A stretch of 64,000 bases of DNA. It comes from Takakia lepidozioides. Taxonomy: Eukaryota > Plantae > Bryophyta. The stretch spans positions 73,408,001 through 73,472,000 of the forward strand of contig CM060733.1 of NCBI GenBank assembly GCA_030704615.1, written 5' to 3'. Positions 46,863 through 59,222 of this stretch are shown here, piece by piece. The position numbers and the translations under genes were made by a program. Numbering within the stretch: the stretch's first letter is position 1; each line of letters starts with the position of its first letter. Below the pieces are notes generated by a model that saw only the letters and a list, made by a program, of their open reading frames with translations, ran no database searches and was not told the origin of the DNA.

Positions 46863-48851
46863 TCATGCAGCAGTACTAGCCGCTCCATACATGGGCGCCA
46901 TGGTGTGGTGGTGTGTGTTGCTATGCTCTTTTTCCTCCTGTGGCTCTTCACTACTTTCTGATGCCCACAAAAAGGATGCGTACGCTGCCAACACAAAGCT
47001 GCACATTTCAAGCAGCAGAAAAGTGTCAATTTCAATTTGAACTTAATATGCTGGAGGCATCTGAAATGTGCAACACTCAGATGAAGATTCCTAACCACTA
47101 ATACACTAGATCCCACCTGTAATGACAGGAGTGCAAAACAGAGATCAGTAGCCCTGACATAACGTATAACCGTGAGTCCTCACAGACTAGCTCGGCTGCT
47201 TCAACACTTCACTGGCGAGAAGTGATCCATGAATACAAATCCGACAACAGAAACAAAGACAGACATAAATCTCACTACAGAAAGGTGGTGAAAGCTGAAG
47301 GAAAAGAAGTACCAGTCATCAGGGGAAGCTTGCAATGCCCGCTCGAAGTAACTTCCTGCACGATCCAGGTCACGATGCACATCCCATAGCAATTTTGCAT
47401 ACTGTGCAAGCACCTCCCCATCACCAGGACTTGCCAGGATTGCTCTCTCGTAGTACTCTTCAGCCCTGGGGCTGTCATGCTGTACCTACAACAATGAAGA
47501 GGCAACCAAATAGAGCGGTTGGCAAGGACTGCGGTGGTACAAAACACTTCAGAACTTGCATTCAAAGCTACCCATGTTCAAAACTCCAAACTTTGTTTAA
47601 GAAAGAATCTACCCCTCATAACACCATGGGAAACCCCAACAACTCACATTCCCAATGTCATACCTCATGCAGGAACCGAGCATAGTTCCTTAGCAGTAGT
47701 GGATGCCCAGGATCCACTTCGAGCATCCGCCGATAGTAGCTATCAGTGCCAAACCCATCACCCCAGCCGGCCCCGCTGCCACTGCCGCCACCTCCCCCGG
47801 GAGTCCGACTTCCTCCACCACCTCCAATGCCCGAACTGCCCCCAATGAACATGGGGCCTAAGTCTGATTCAGATACAGGTCTACAGCCTCTAGAATTGCA
47901 AACAACAGCTACACCATTGGCTCCTACAGCCATACCTTCATCTTGAACCATAACTTTGTCGTGCTCCTGCCTCCTGGCCCCAGATGCAGTCACTGTTCCA
48001 GCATCCTGAAAATCCCCTACTTTGTGAGTTGCAGAGATATCGTCATGTTCAGCAGTCTCGAGAGAAAAGCTCTCTTCAAGATACTTGCAGACCATACTCT
48101 CGTCAATGAGGGGCCTTACGAGTTCCTTGCTGAGTAAGCGACGGGGTTCCCCACTCCTTGCTGACATCATGTGGTCAACCTGAGGATTCACAAATCCGCC
48201 ATTTGGCTCTGACAATCGCATTGCCCCCATTGATGATTCGCATTCATTCACCGTGTACACTGACACAGCGTCAGGCTCAAGTGCCCTCTCAGTCGCCTGT
48301 TCTTCTGATGCGGAAGCCTCAAGCACCCCTGCTAGTGCAAAATCGATTTCAGATCCGAAACTGGACCCAGAGCCTCCCGAGGTAATGACACTCAGAGAAG
48401 AATGCCTAACGAGAGAGGCTCTCCTCGACCGCTGCCTCCTTCCAGTGCTAGGATTCTCTCCGTCATTCCCATCGTTACTCTTCCCATTCTTTCCTGAACT
48501 AAGAAGGGAACCTGCTGCTGTGAAACTTGCTGAGAACGAAGACGTCCGACCCAGACTCTGAAGATCGCCCTCCGACTGGACTCGGCGAAAACTGGGCCAT
48601 GGAACAAAATCTCCGTCGAAGTTCCAATCCCCTCCATCCAAGGAACACACGTCATCTGTTTGATGTGAAGTTGCTGCAGAAGCTAATCCTGAGTACGAGG
48701 AATATCCAACACCTGGGAACGCTAGTTGCCTCGAATTGTATGGATGAATTGGCGAGTGCACATCAAATTCCAGCTCCTTCACTGGCTCGGAATGCGTAAC
48801 TGGTGGGATCAAAGACCCCAGCACCGGAGTGGAGGAGCTTCTTAGCAGCAT
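46863..48851 (-). CDS. TPR-like superfamily protein (plant MLLRSSSTP family), 3 exons: 48851-47664, 47485-47313, 46998-46863; 498 aa, intact
   Basis: N-terminus MLLRSSSTPVLGSL; Gly-rich linker; TDSYYRRMLEVDPGHPLLLRNYARFLHE|VQHD..AEEYYERAILASPGDGEVLAQYAKLLW..RAGSYFERALQASPDD|CFVLAAYASFLW. GT-AG junctions keep the frame (1497 nt). Confidence 0.93.
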
Positions 48852-50139
48852 TCGCGCAAACGTTTTCTCTGCGAGATTCTAGGAGAGAGGATGGATAAAG
48901 AGAGCCCACAGAGATGGAGGGCGCCGCAGACTCAGAAGGGATTACCACAACCAGGGCCTACGTCGAGACGCGGATACTCAACCCACAAGGTTCAGCAAAC
49001 CATTTCACCCACCTTTCCTGCGTTCCTAAAATCTTTGCACCTACAAAAAGACTAATTTTCCCTGGTGATACCACCACCCTCACCGCCTCGATTGCTTTTG
49101 GAGCCCACCCAAGTGAACGCTACTTGTATCTCATTAAAACCGACGGGATGTTTAAGAAGATCTTGGGATTTTCAGAGCAGGGACAGAAGCCAAAGGACTG
49201 ATAGATCCTTCCCAGGAGATAGAAGGCGACGGGAGGCGCGCCCGAGGTTGCAAAGCGTTTAGTCCACGAAGGGCATTCCCCGACTTCTAAAGCCAACCTG
49301 CCGAACAGAAAACCACTTGAAGACAATATGAGATGATGCAATATGCGTGGAACGTCAACAGACTTCAACAATCTGGACCAGAAGCAAAGACAGAGGGAGA
49401 CATGGGAAGGCTATACAATCCGTAGTTCAAGGGCCAGGGAACAGACCGAGATTGTCGAAATTGCACAGCAGTATATAAGAACCTTCGCAAGGCGAATCCG
49501 TGGAGATGAAAGCAGGAGTCGGAGCAATCAGATGAAGAACCCACCTCAGCGATGCGAGTCTCTCTCTTAGATTTACAACACAAAAATCCTTCGGCCTAAC
49601 CCCACCCTACGCAACGCAACCCAACCCAACAACTGAACAACTCGGGATTTCACCTCAGTAAATACTAAAAACACGGCAGCCTTGTCTCCCGAACCGAGAA
49701 AATCGACCTGCGCAGCCGATTCTCGCTGCCGGCGCGCAGAGAAGGGACGGCTGTGCAGCACCGCGCGCCCCCCCGCGCCCCTTCATTGGCTATCGCTCTT
49801 GGGACCCCGATCAGGACCTCGTGACAGAATGCCACGTTCGCCACTTTTTCTAATGGACCCTAGGGCTCACTGCTCCTGCACCGTCCATTCGGCGCCTTCT
49901 CTCTGGATGAGACGGTCGTCACGCTGGCCACTGGTGGACAGCGGTTTTAGTGTGAATCTCTGGTGACCGGTTCAGCCTGTTTTTGCCCCCATTTCATTGC
50001 TAATATCCTCCATCAACAACACCCGCGTCATTCATCCACTCAGCAGTAGTGCGCGGTTACAAGGTTGACCGTTGGTGGGTGGAATAGACGACCGTGCTTT
50101 ACTTTACACTTGTACTACCAACTATCTTATTACCCCAGT

Positions 50140-50660
50140 CCAAACCAGTGTTGTTCTGGTATCAGTCTTAGGACATACCAGACTGGTCCTGGTACCAGAC
50201 GTATCACAAAAAAATTATACCAGTCTGGTCTATATAATGGTGGATGTATAATTCTCTACATACTGGTATGAGTATGAGTATCATGACCACAATATCAGCT
50301 GGTACGAGATATCAATTCTGGTATCATTCCAAAGCCAGCTTGAATTACAAGTTTATCACTAGCAAGTATCAAGTGAAAAAATAAAATAAAGAAATAAAGA
50401 AATAAATATACATAAGTACAAGTATGTAGGCATATATACACATAAATTAATATAATATACATACCAGAGTAAATGAGGAAGACGGCGGGGAAGTACTGGT
50501 ATTGAGGCTGGTATGAAAAAACTGATACCAGCCGGGTCTGGTATATGACCCAGTATTCTCCCAAATGATACCAGACTGGTCTGGTATCTAATACCAACGC
50601 ATATACCAGTATTTTATACCAGTCCTTCACCTATATACCAGACCAACACTGGTCCAAACA
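50140..50660. repeat. Dense (t)accag/ctggt(a) motif array, probable DNA-transposon (hAT-like) subterminal region
   Basis: Repeated ataccag/ctggtat in both orientations, beginning at cagtgttg. Confidence 0.45.
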
Positions 50661-51777
50661 ACCGGACGCAGCAGGCGGTCGCAGGTCATATTCGACGGGC
50701 TGCAGCCGGTGGATAGCCGAAAAATCGGAGCCGTTGGCCGCAGACGCGGCTTCAGAATCGCGAGAGCCACGGAGGCTCGTGATTGGGTGGCGGCAAAAGC
50801 TCGCCAGCTGGCTTCTTCCCAGTAGCTGGCCGTCTGTATCTTCCAGATGGACGCATCCAACGATATTGATGAAAGTTCTTATTAGCTTTCCACAGCAGGC
50901 GTCGCCAAAGTGGGCGATTGATGGTGGGATTTTACAGGTTGGATTTGTGCGGTCTGCTTCCCACACTTTGCATATAAATATAATGGTCCAGGGTGGCGAA
51001 ACCGGCGGCACAAAGGAATGCGCTTTAGGCGAGGAGCCACGCTTCACACGTGGGGAGGGTGTGGGCGCTGGCGGCCCGTCTCGATTCTTGTGCGGGGCTG
51101 CAGGCCTGATGGCGCGTTCTTGTGCTGCTGCGCTGGGCTGGTCATCACAGATCAAAGCGGGGCAGTGGTGGGCCAGATCCTCAGACGTTTGGAGACCCAA
51201 TCCAGAGTCGCGAACAAGGGGGGCATCCAACGTTTGTCTGTTTGTGAGGATATTTTGCAAGTGGTGCACAATCGTTTCACTACATCTCGCTTGCTTTTGT
51301 GCACATGGAGGAGCAGCCATTCTTTTAGTGGCGAATAATCGCCAGATTTCGACCTCAAAAAATAAAATCGAATATTCTGTCGCAAATCCACTGTTTTTTC
51401 ATGGATGAAATCGTCAAATTTCTCCAAATAAAAAATAAATTATGGATGAATTCGCCAAATATGGATGATGGCACATATGTGGATGAATTACAGTGGATGA
51501 ACAGAATAAATGGCTATTTCCTGCAAAACTCTGTAGCCACTCGTGCTATTTTCCAAATTTCTTAAGAAAAACACTGTGGAAGGAGGCGATGGCGAGGGGA
51601 ACTTGAGCATCTTCAACGCTTACGTACTTTGTCGATTTCATCCCACCACCCTACACTGTGTGGCTATTGTCCGTTCCTATCTGTCTCACCATTATCACTG
51701 TCGTCGAACAGTGTTGCTCGGTGATGATAAAGGACTTGGTGCAATGGATGGCTCTCTCTCTCTCTCTTTGTGTGGTA

Positions 51778-52467
51778 TGTAGTGTTTTTGAGGTCATGAA
51801 GATTGGTCTGACCAAGTGATTCTTGGGGCCCACCTTACCCCACTGCTCCTCACGAGTCACCAATTCGGATTTTTATGGAATCAGCCGCTTCTCTCCCGTC
51901 CATTGGCCCTCGACCTGCGCGTAGACCACAAGTCCTTGGTTGGAGTGAACTGCAATCAATCATCCTGGACAAATTGGACAGGCGGAGATCTAAACCAGTA
52001 CAGTCTGCTATAATACTAGTTAGCCATAGGGAGTAAGCCTTAAGGAAAAACTAACTATTCTGGAGGTTACCACTTTAACAGCGATATACTAGGGAGGGTG
52101 ATCTCAAAGCAAAATCCATATTATATGCAACATCTAGAGATGGAATCACGACACAGGATGCAAACCATGACATAATAAATTAATAGAAGTAGAGGTAATG
52201 ATGAATAAGCCCCCTAGGTACTTGTAAGTAGTAAGTAGTGAAAATAGATAGTAAGATGCATGGGAAGAGAGCCGGGCTCGCTTTATATACCCTCACGGGG
52301 TGGTGGGACCCTTCTAGAAGACCGCCTACCCTGAAGCGGTGGGACCTTCTAAAAGGCTGCCCTGACACACACATCACTCCTAGAAACCACCACGCCTGAC
52401 CCCAATCTAACGATGAACCATAACCTATTTAATAGGTCTTACCTTCCTGCCTTCCCCCCCACCTTAC
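51778..52467 (-). mobile_element. Possible solo LTR
   Basis: TGTA...TACA ends and a TATA-like tatataaag (-) at ~52282. No clean TSD. Confidence 0.35.
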
Positions 52468-52578
52468 ATGACAGTTATTAATTGAACTCCTGCCTCTTCA
52501 TAATTCCTGGACCACTCTCTAATCCTCACACCCCCTTTCAAACCTGGCCCCTTATTGGCAGTTTCTAGGTTGATGAAG

Positions 52579-52905
52579 GCTTCTCCCAATTTCCTAGGGA
52601 GTGATTGCTATACCGTCAGATCGACTCTCATGAAACTCTTGCGAAATTTACGTGAGAACCTGTCCAGCTTTGTTGGAAATAGAAGGAACATGAGTCAAGT
52701 TCGTTCTACTTTCCGCAGATGTCTTTTTCTTGATGGTTGAGGCATGCTTCTCCCAATTTCCTAGGGAGTGATTGCTATACCGTCAGATCGACTCTCATGA
52801 AACTTTTGCGAAATCTACGTGAGAACCTGTGCAGCTTTGTTAGAAATAGAAAGAACATGAGTGAAATTCGTTCTACTTTCCGCAGATGTCTTTTTCTTGA
52901 TGGTT
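52579..52905. repeat. 167-bp tandem duplication
   Basis: gcttctcccaatttcctaggg... starts at 52579 and 52746. Confidence 0.9.
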
Positions 52906-53511
52906 CAGGCATCTGTTTCTTGTTTGCCGAGCTCGTGGTAGGTATGGATGGCTAAATTCTCCGGAACTCCTGCAGTAATACCAAGCACCCGTGCTACAGT
53001 CATCAGAACAATTACCACTGCAGGTTGTCTTGCGGTGTTTTGTCATCAAATTTGTAGTAGGTGTAATAATAAGGCTGTGAAGGCAGCAGATTCTAAACCA
53101 TCCACACATTTAATGCATGTTGTATTGTGTGCCATGTCAGTGAACTACAGTCTGCCCTGGATAAATGTTAACAGTCGGGAGTAGGAAAAAAAATTACTTT
53201 TAGATAAGGTTAACACATTAACAGTTATGAAGGGTTTTTGTTTTGTTTTTTTCTTAGCAGAAGAGGGACGGAGGCCTCAAGCTTTATAGATATGGACAAA
53301 ATGTCCAAGAAGTACAAGGGGAAAAAATAACCTCTACCAGGGGTGCCATGGAGGCTGATTGAGGAAGACAAATGTTTCGTGACCAAACATGAAATGGAGG
53401 GGGGAGCAAAGAACCAGGGTCTAGAATCTGCCAACGGTAGATTGCAAAGAAGCTGGGGCCTGGAACTAGAAAACAGAACTGGAGTCAGACAAGCTTATAG
53501 GAAAGCTTGCA

Positions 53512-53960
53512 CGGTGGGCACTTATGCTTCAAGAGTACGACTTCCAGGTGGTGCATCGAGCCAGTATAGTTAATCGGGATGCAGATGGATTGAGTCGTAA
53601 CACATGCACGAGCGAGCATGATGATACTGGAGCTCTGTGGCATGGTGCCAGGATGGCATGCATCCGCTTTTTTGTGCATTCTAGCAATAGGAGCTCAAGC
53701 TGGTCTATCCAATGGGATTGGTCATGTAGATAGTGTGCAGCATGACGATCCAGATATCAGTGAGGAGCTTGGTGGTGCTAAGGATGTGCATGAAGATGCA
53801 GCAGTGTTGGCCTACCTTCGTACTGGAGAGACAGCAACCAGTGTGACTGCTAAGGAGAGAAATCGGATCCTACAATGAGCCAAGAGGTTCAAGTGGAAGG
53901 GGACTCACTTACTCCGGGTATGGGAGGATGAACGAGTGAGGATTGTGCCTCATCCAACCT
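53512..53960 (+). pseudogene. Ty3/gypsy pol fragment (RNase H end to integrase linker)
   Basis: WALMLQEYDFQVVHRA..NRDADGLSR..ERNRILQ*AKRFKW..RIVPHP. Confidence 0.8.
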
Positions 53961-54914
53961 GAGAAGGCCTAAAATCAGAAAAAGTCCACAAATTGAAGCA
54001 GACTTAAGTAACCGGAAGAAAACCCACTGTAGCAGATCAACCCGAGAGGCGGGAGCTAACACGAAGTTGCACAGGGCAAACCCAAGAAGCAGCCCACTAA
54101 TTCAAGCTACCAAAAGATAGCGCTTTAGCCTTGTCCTTCTTGAAAGATTTCTTGTGTCTCCAATTAACTTCTGGCTCGTCCTCAGCCATATGGGAGCGCA
54201 TGGAGCTAAGCGAGCTGTCACTCCGGTGGATGTTGTCATTCCAATGAACCCTTGATTCCGACAATCTAGTGCAGATCCGTCCTCATCTGCCCTAAGATTG
54301 GTCGAAGTCTTGTTCAGGAGCTTAAGACGCCTCCTTTCCCTGCATCTGCATGCCTTGCGGGCCTTAGATATGATATCTGAGTGAATCACAAAAAGACAGA
54401 CCTAATAGAGAAAGGCTTACCCGAGTAGACCAGACCACATCTGGCCTTCCACAAATTCCACATAACGTGAGCCCTGAGTGGCCCAGACCAGGCATTTAGA
54501 CCACACCCCTCCACCGTGAAAATTTAGTGCAGCACAGCTGAAGCATTTCTAGGCACTGGATTCCAGAAGTCATAAAAAATGAAGGACTCTAGACCAGAGG
54601 TAAATTGCCAATGGACAAGAAATAAACCAGTGCCCCAAGGATTATGGGATCCCACACAGTCCTGCAGGAAATGCAGTCAAGGGGTGAGTCAGGAAAACAA
54701 ATCTTGAGCGGGAGAATTTGATTAACAGAGAGAAGACTCCGGCCGAAGCCGACGTAACCAAGAGCCACTTCGCCTTGCGGCTACTGCCCCCTGTCGGGGG
54801 TGGGCCCTATCTAAAAGTCAGGTGACCGGTTGGTCACCTAGTAACCAGGGTATGTGTACAGTTGTGGTGCTAGAAAGAGAATGAGGGGTACCAACCCACC
54901 CCTAGCACTCACAA

Positions 54915-55320
54915 CCCGTCATGCCAACCCCGATAATCCCAACGCCTTCATCATCAAAGCCATCCTCGGAATTAAAACTCAAACATCCCTCGACTCATTT
55001 GGAGTCACATGCGTGGATACATATTGCTACTGCAAATGGGCTGGCTTCCCGTCAGAAGACAACTCACGGCCAATTAAAGACGACCTTTTTGGGTCGCATG
55101 ATGATTGCGACGTCCCTGCCCATAACCTCAACCTTCTCACTACATTCCACAAGAGTACCAACACTAACTACCTCACACAGATTCACCCACAATATGTCTC
55201 ACAAACCCAGCCCATGGATGCCCGCCACATACACAACCCGCTAACTGCCCCCAATGTACATATATGCATCACCAAATGCAACCCCGATAAAGTGGAGATG
55301 TCGAACTTGGGACAACAGTC
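54915..55320 (+). pseudogene. TE-derived fragment with a chromodomain-like motif
   Basis: FIIKAILG..YCYCKWAGFPSEDNS resembles chromodomain Y.V..I...Y.VKW.G....NTW. Confidence 0.4.
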
Positions 55321-55979
55321 ATAATTCTCCTATACTTCTGGAGTGACAATGTTTGGCATTTTTTCGTAGGCTAATATTAAAAAAATGCAGCAACTGTGAT
55401 TGACAGGAGGTCTCCCGTGTTGCTCGTGAAACTGTAGAAAACTAGGATTTCAACTCATATTAGGGATGTGATCAGGGTATGGATTCTCTGGGAACAACAA
55501 TATTTACTAAACATCTACTACAATAAACTTAATAAAATCATTTGAATTTGTTTTCATATTGAATTTTTATTCAATTTAAATCAATCAATCAATCAATATA
55601 TATGTTATTCCTGGACTTTTGAAAGTCTAGATTTACTTAAAATCCAGTTTAATGAGCTTGTTTTGAGGGCTATCGAAGTTTCGTCGACGTGGTGGCGCCC
55701 ATGTAGAAGGCGGAAGGGTTTAGATTTGTTTAGACTTGCTTAATGTGAGACAGTGTGTTCGATCAATAAAACAACACATCGTGCCCTCACTTCTGTGTAC
55801 TGTGCATCTCCAGTTTCATTGTATTCTATGCACTGCTCTTTTTGGCCCACTGTTCAGAATTTGTGGTGTCATTTGTACAATGTCTCTCTCCACATCAATC
55901 ACCAAAAGAGCGATATCAGAGTCATCAGGTCGAGGAAATGCGTCTTTGCATAAACGGAAAGATGTACATGCCCAAGTTG

Positions 55980-56450
55980 GGAAATACGGCACCGCATTTC
56001 CTTTGGTTCCCATGCATTTATGTCCGGTAGCTTCAACTCTGCTGTGCAGGTCGCAACGGAAATGCGGCGCCGCACTCCAGTCTCCACAACGGAAATGCCT
56101 GCGTTGACATGGCATTTCCATACTTCGAATTGGAAATACGGCACCGCATTTCCATATTGGACATGAAAATGTGGCACAGCATTTCCATATTCGACATGGA
56201 AATTCCCTATTGGACATAGAAATGCGGCACCGCATTTCCGTTCCTCGCAAGGGAATGTGGTGCCGCATTTCCATGCAAGGGGCAGGAAATGGACAAATTT
56301 CCATGTCCAAAATGGAAATGCGGCATCGCATTTATGTTCGGCCCTGCGATTTGCGATGTCTGCCACAGTACAATGCCGCTTATGGAAATGTGATGCCGCA
56401 TTTCCGTTTTTTCGTTCTGAGATGGAAATGCGGCACCGCATTTTCGGTTT
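55980..56450. repeat. E3 left palindrome array (several 33-bp spacings)
   Basis: ggaaat-type starts at 55980, 56058, 56091, 56132, 56165, 56198, 56218, 56251, 56314, 56384, 56424. Confidence 0.88.
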
Positions 56451-56577
56451 CAGGATGGAGGTGGTTGCAGAGGTGGTGTCATTTAGAAGCACAGGGGTGA
56501 GGCGACCTCAACTGCAAAAAAAAATCCTTTATATATTCAGGAAGAGAATTAAAATGTACAAAGAGTTATTTAAATTT

Positions 56578-58076
56578 CTATCCATCTTGGAAATCATCAT
56601 CACTCTCCTCATCTTGTCCTTGACTGTCCTGCTCCCCTTCCACCCCCTCATCTTCTTTGTCATGTCCAGCGGACGGATCGTTGGCTAAGCTTTTGAAGAT
56701 CCCATCTTCCCCTTGAGGAACTGACCATCTGACCTCCGTTGGGTCGTCGTCCTCCTTGTCTGTATCTCTCTCTTCCATGGAATCACATACATACTTCCGC
56801 ACGCGTTAGTACAGGGTTTGAACAATGTATTCGCAGAGTGCAACCCAAAACACAAAGTGCGAATGCGGTGCCGTATTTCCCAGGCACACCTCATATCCTA
56901 GGTTTTGCATACAACATTGGCTGTGGTTTACCTGTAAACAATTCGCATTGCTGCTTTTCCCGCCCCCTCTTGATATGTGAGCTCCACGCTCCTTCTTGCT
57001 GTCTGCAGCTCCCTGGCGAAGAAGGAGTCATTGTACGCATATCTGAAACGTGTCACATAGTCTTCCAATGTCTGTGTTCCATCCCATTTTACGTACAAGT
57101 CGAACGAGTTTGTATGGAGGCCCGCTTGCTCATTTACATTCGTCATTACCTGCGTTTACAACATCCATTGTCATTGACCCGTTCGTGGAATTCATGCCAG
57201 CAAAGGAAATGGAGGGAAGTACCTTGAATTACTTGGAACCACCAAGTCATGCGGTTGAGCCAGACATCCACGGCAGGGTCAGAAACTTCGAGTGGAAAAG
57301 ACCACATGGTCCTTATACTCTCCGATGCATTCCAAATTGACAGCCACCTTGTCTGCCATTTCCGATCCAATGTCAGGACATGAAGTCAGTCGCTATTTCT
57401 AAAAAAGAAATTCAGTCCAGTGCAACCTCACCTTCTCTTTCGAATCCACACATGCCGTTGAGAGGTGATGCAGTGTCCGGTGTCATCTAAGTCCAAGTGC
57501 AATCTCCTATGTCGAGGCCCAAATGCGACCTCTAGTAGCTTGTGTCTCTCCAACTGCATGGTCGGCTGCATGGCCCGAGAATAATGTTTGCAATCTCGGG
57601 GATGAAGTCCTTTCCGAGAGCCAGATCTACAATGGCCACCAGCTTCACAAGCTTTGACTTGTATTTGGTTTTGGACTTCACCCCGGCTTCCTTCAAGTGG
57701 TCCGTCAAAGCCTGCAATGTTTTGGACTGACCCTCACTTTCCATGAAGAAGCGTTTGGCATGGGCCAAATCCAGCTTGATGTTTGATTGCAAAGAACAAT
57801 ATGCAGAAGCATTACATTCAATACATGTGGACAGATGACTGGAAATTGGGGAAGGATCAGGCGAGGAAAATGGGAGGACGATGTACTTTGTATACCACCT
57901 CTACCATTCCATCCATAGTGAGCCGATACCATGTCCGGTCTGTTTTAGCCATGGCTTTTTGTATGAGCTCGGGATCCAAGAGTTCGGTGAACATGTGTGG
58001 GTCAGTGAGACCAGTTTTCCTCACCCTGTACAACATATGTGCCATATAGGTATGCACGTATGCATTTTCAGTGACC
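56578..58076 (-). pseudogene. E3 accessory-gene remnant (internally deleted)
   Basis: RVTENAYVHT..DRTWYRLTMDGMV; LAHAKRFFMESE; MWSFP..SDP..NRMTWWFQ; DYVTRF..KAAMRIVYR; EVRWSVPQGEDGIF. All collinear with E2, with the same intron positions. Confidence 0.85.
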
Positions 58077-58444
58077 CTGCAAGGCCCACTCTCCAATTCA
58101 GTCCACTGAACGGTGGAAACAAAACTGATTGAAAAAAGAATGCGGCACCGCATTTCGGGACTCCATAGGAGGGGGATGAAAATCTTCCACTTCGTCGAAT
58201 GCAGGTGGCACCATGACATGACTGCATCTTGCAACTTTAAAAGGAAGCGCGCTTTCGACAAACAAGTGGAGGACGAGAGAGAAGAGAACCATAAATACCC
58301 CGACTTCTGGTTTGTAATGCAATTTCCCCACTCTGGAGCCTACAACGGCTATGCGCACAACGACTATTCTCACCTTCTGGACTCTTATTTCAATAAGTCC
58401 TAACGCATTTCGACTTTGACATCTTCGATTGAGAGTGTCCGGAC

Positions 58445-59222
58445 GGAAATGCGGCACCGTATTTCCATTTTGTGTATAACTGACGAAAGGGATGAACGAA
58501 AATGCGGTGCCGCATTTCCGTCCGGAGTCTTCCGCTGAAACAGTCCTGACGGAAATGCGCCGCATTTCCGTCCGAGGTCTTTCAGTCAATGCGTCAGGAT
58601 GAATGTAAGTCATGAAACATTGGAACGGAAATGCGGTGCCACATTTCCGACCTGGGTATAACTAATGAAACAGTGGAACGGAAATGCGGCACCGCATTTC
58701 CATCTGAGGTCTACCTTTCAATGCGGTTGGACGGAAATGCGGCGCCGCATTTCCGTTCTGGATGTCAGGTGTGAAACAGTGGAACGGAAATGCGGCGCCG
58801 CATTTTCGTTTTGGATCTCAGGCATGAAACGGCATTTCCGTTCTGGATGTAACTCAAAACAGGCTTGAATGGAAATGCGGCACCGCATTTCTGTCCGAGT
58901 ACTTCCTTTCAATGTTGCTTGACAGAAATGCTGGATGGAAATGTTGCACCGCATTTCCGTTGTGAATGTAACCCATCAGATGGTGGGACGGAAATGCGGT
59001 GCCGCATTTCCGTCCGGGGGCTACAATTTCCAACAGGTGCAACGGAATGCGGCTCCGCATTTCCGCCCAGGCTCGTACTGTATGATAAATGAACACGTGG
59101 TCCAACGGAAATGCGGCACCGCATTTCCATGTGGCTCCAGTCCACCCTAGCATATTTATCCTGCATCGGGATGCGAAAGTTGAGGCGAGATTGAACGGTA
59201 GTAATGCGGCGCCGCATTTCGA
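58445..59222. repeat. E3 right palindrome array with a dominant 53-bp period
   Basis: Starts at 58445, 58498, 58551, 58627, 58680, 58733, 58786, 58871, 58924/58937, 58990, 59044, 59107. Perfect 26-bp palindrome at 58731-58756. Confidence 0.92.

Noticed and set aside
50631-51408. Overlapping 229-aa and 224-aa ORFs
   Set aside because: No recognisable domain; GC-rich sequence between repeat patches.
58445-59222. CRISPR array (~23-bp palindromic repeats with ~30-bp spacers)
   Set aside because: Eukaryotic intron-containing context with no cas genes. Repeats are degenerate, spacers share sequence (tgaaacagtggaa), and the same motif is dispersed in introns.
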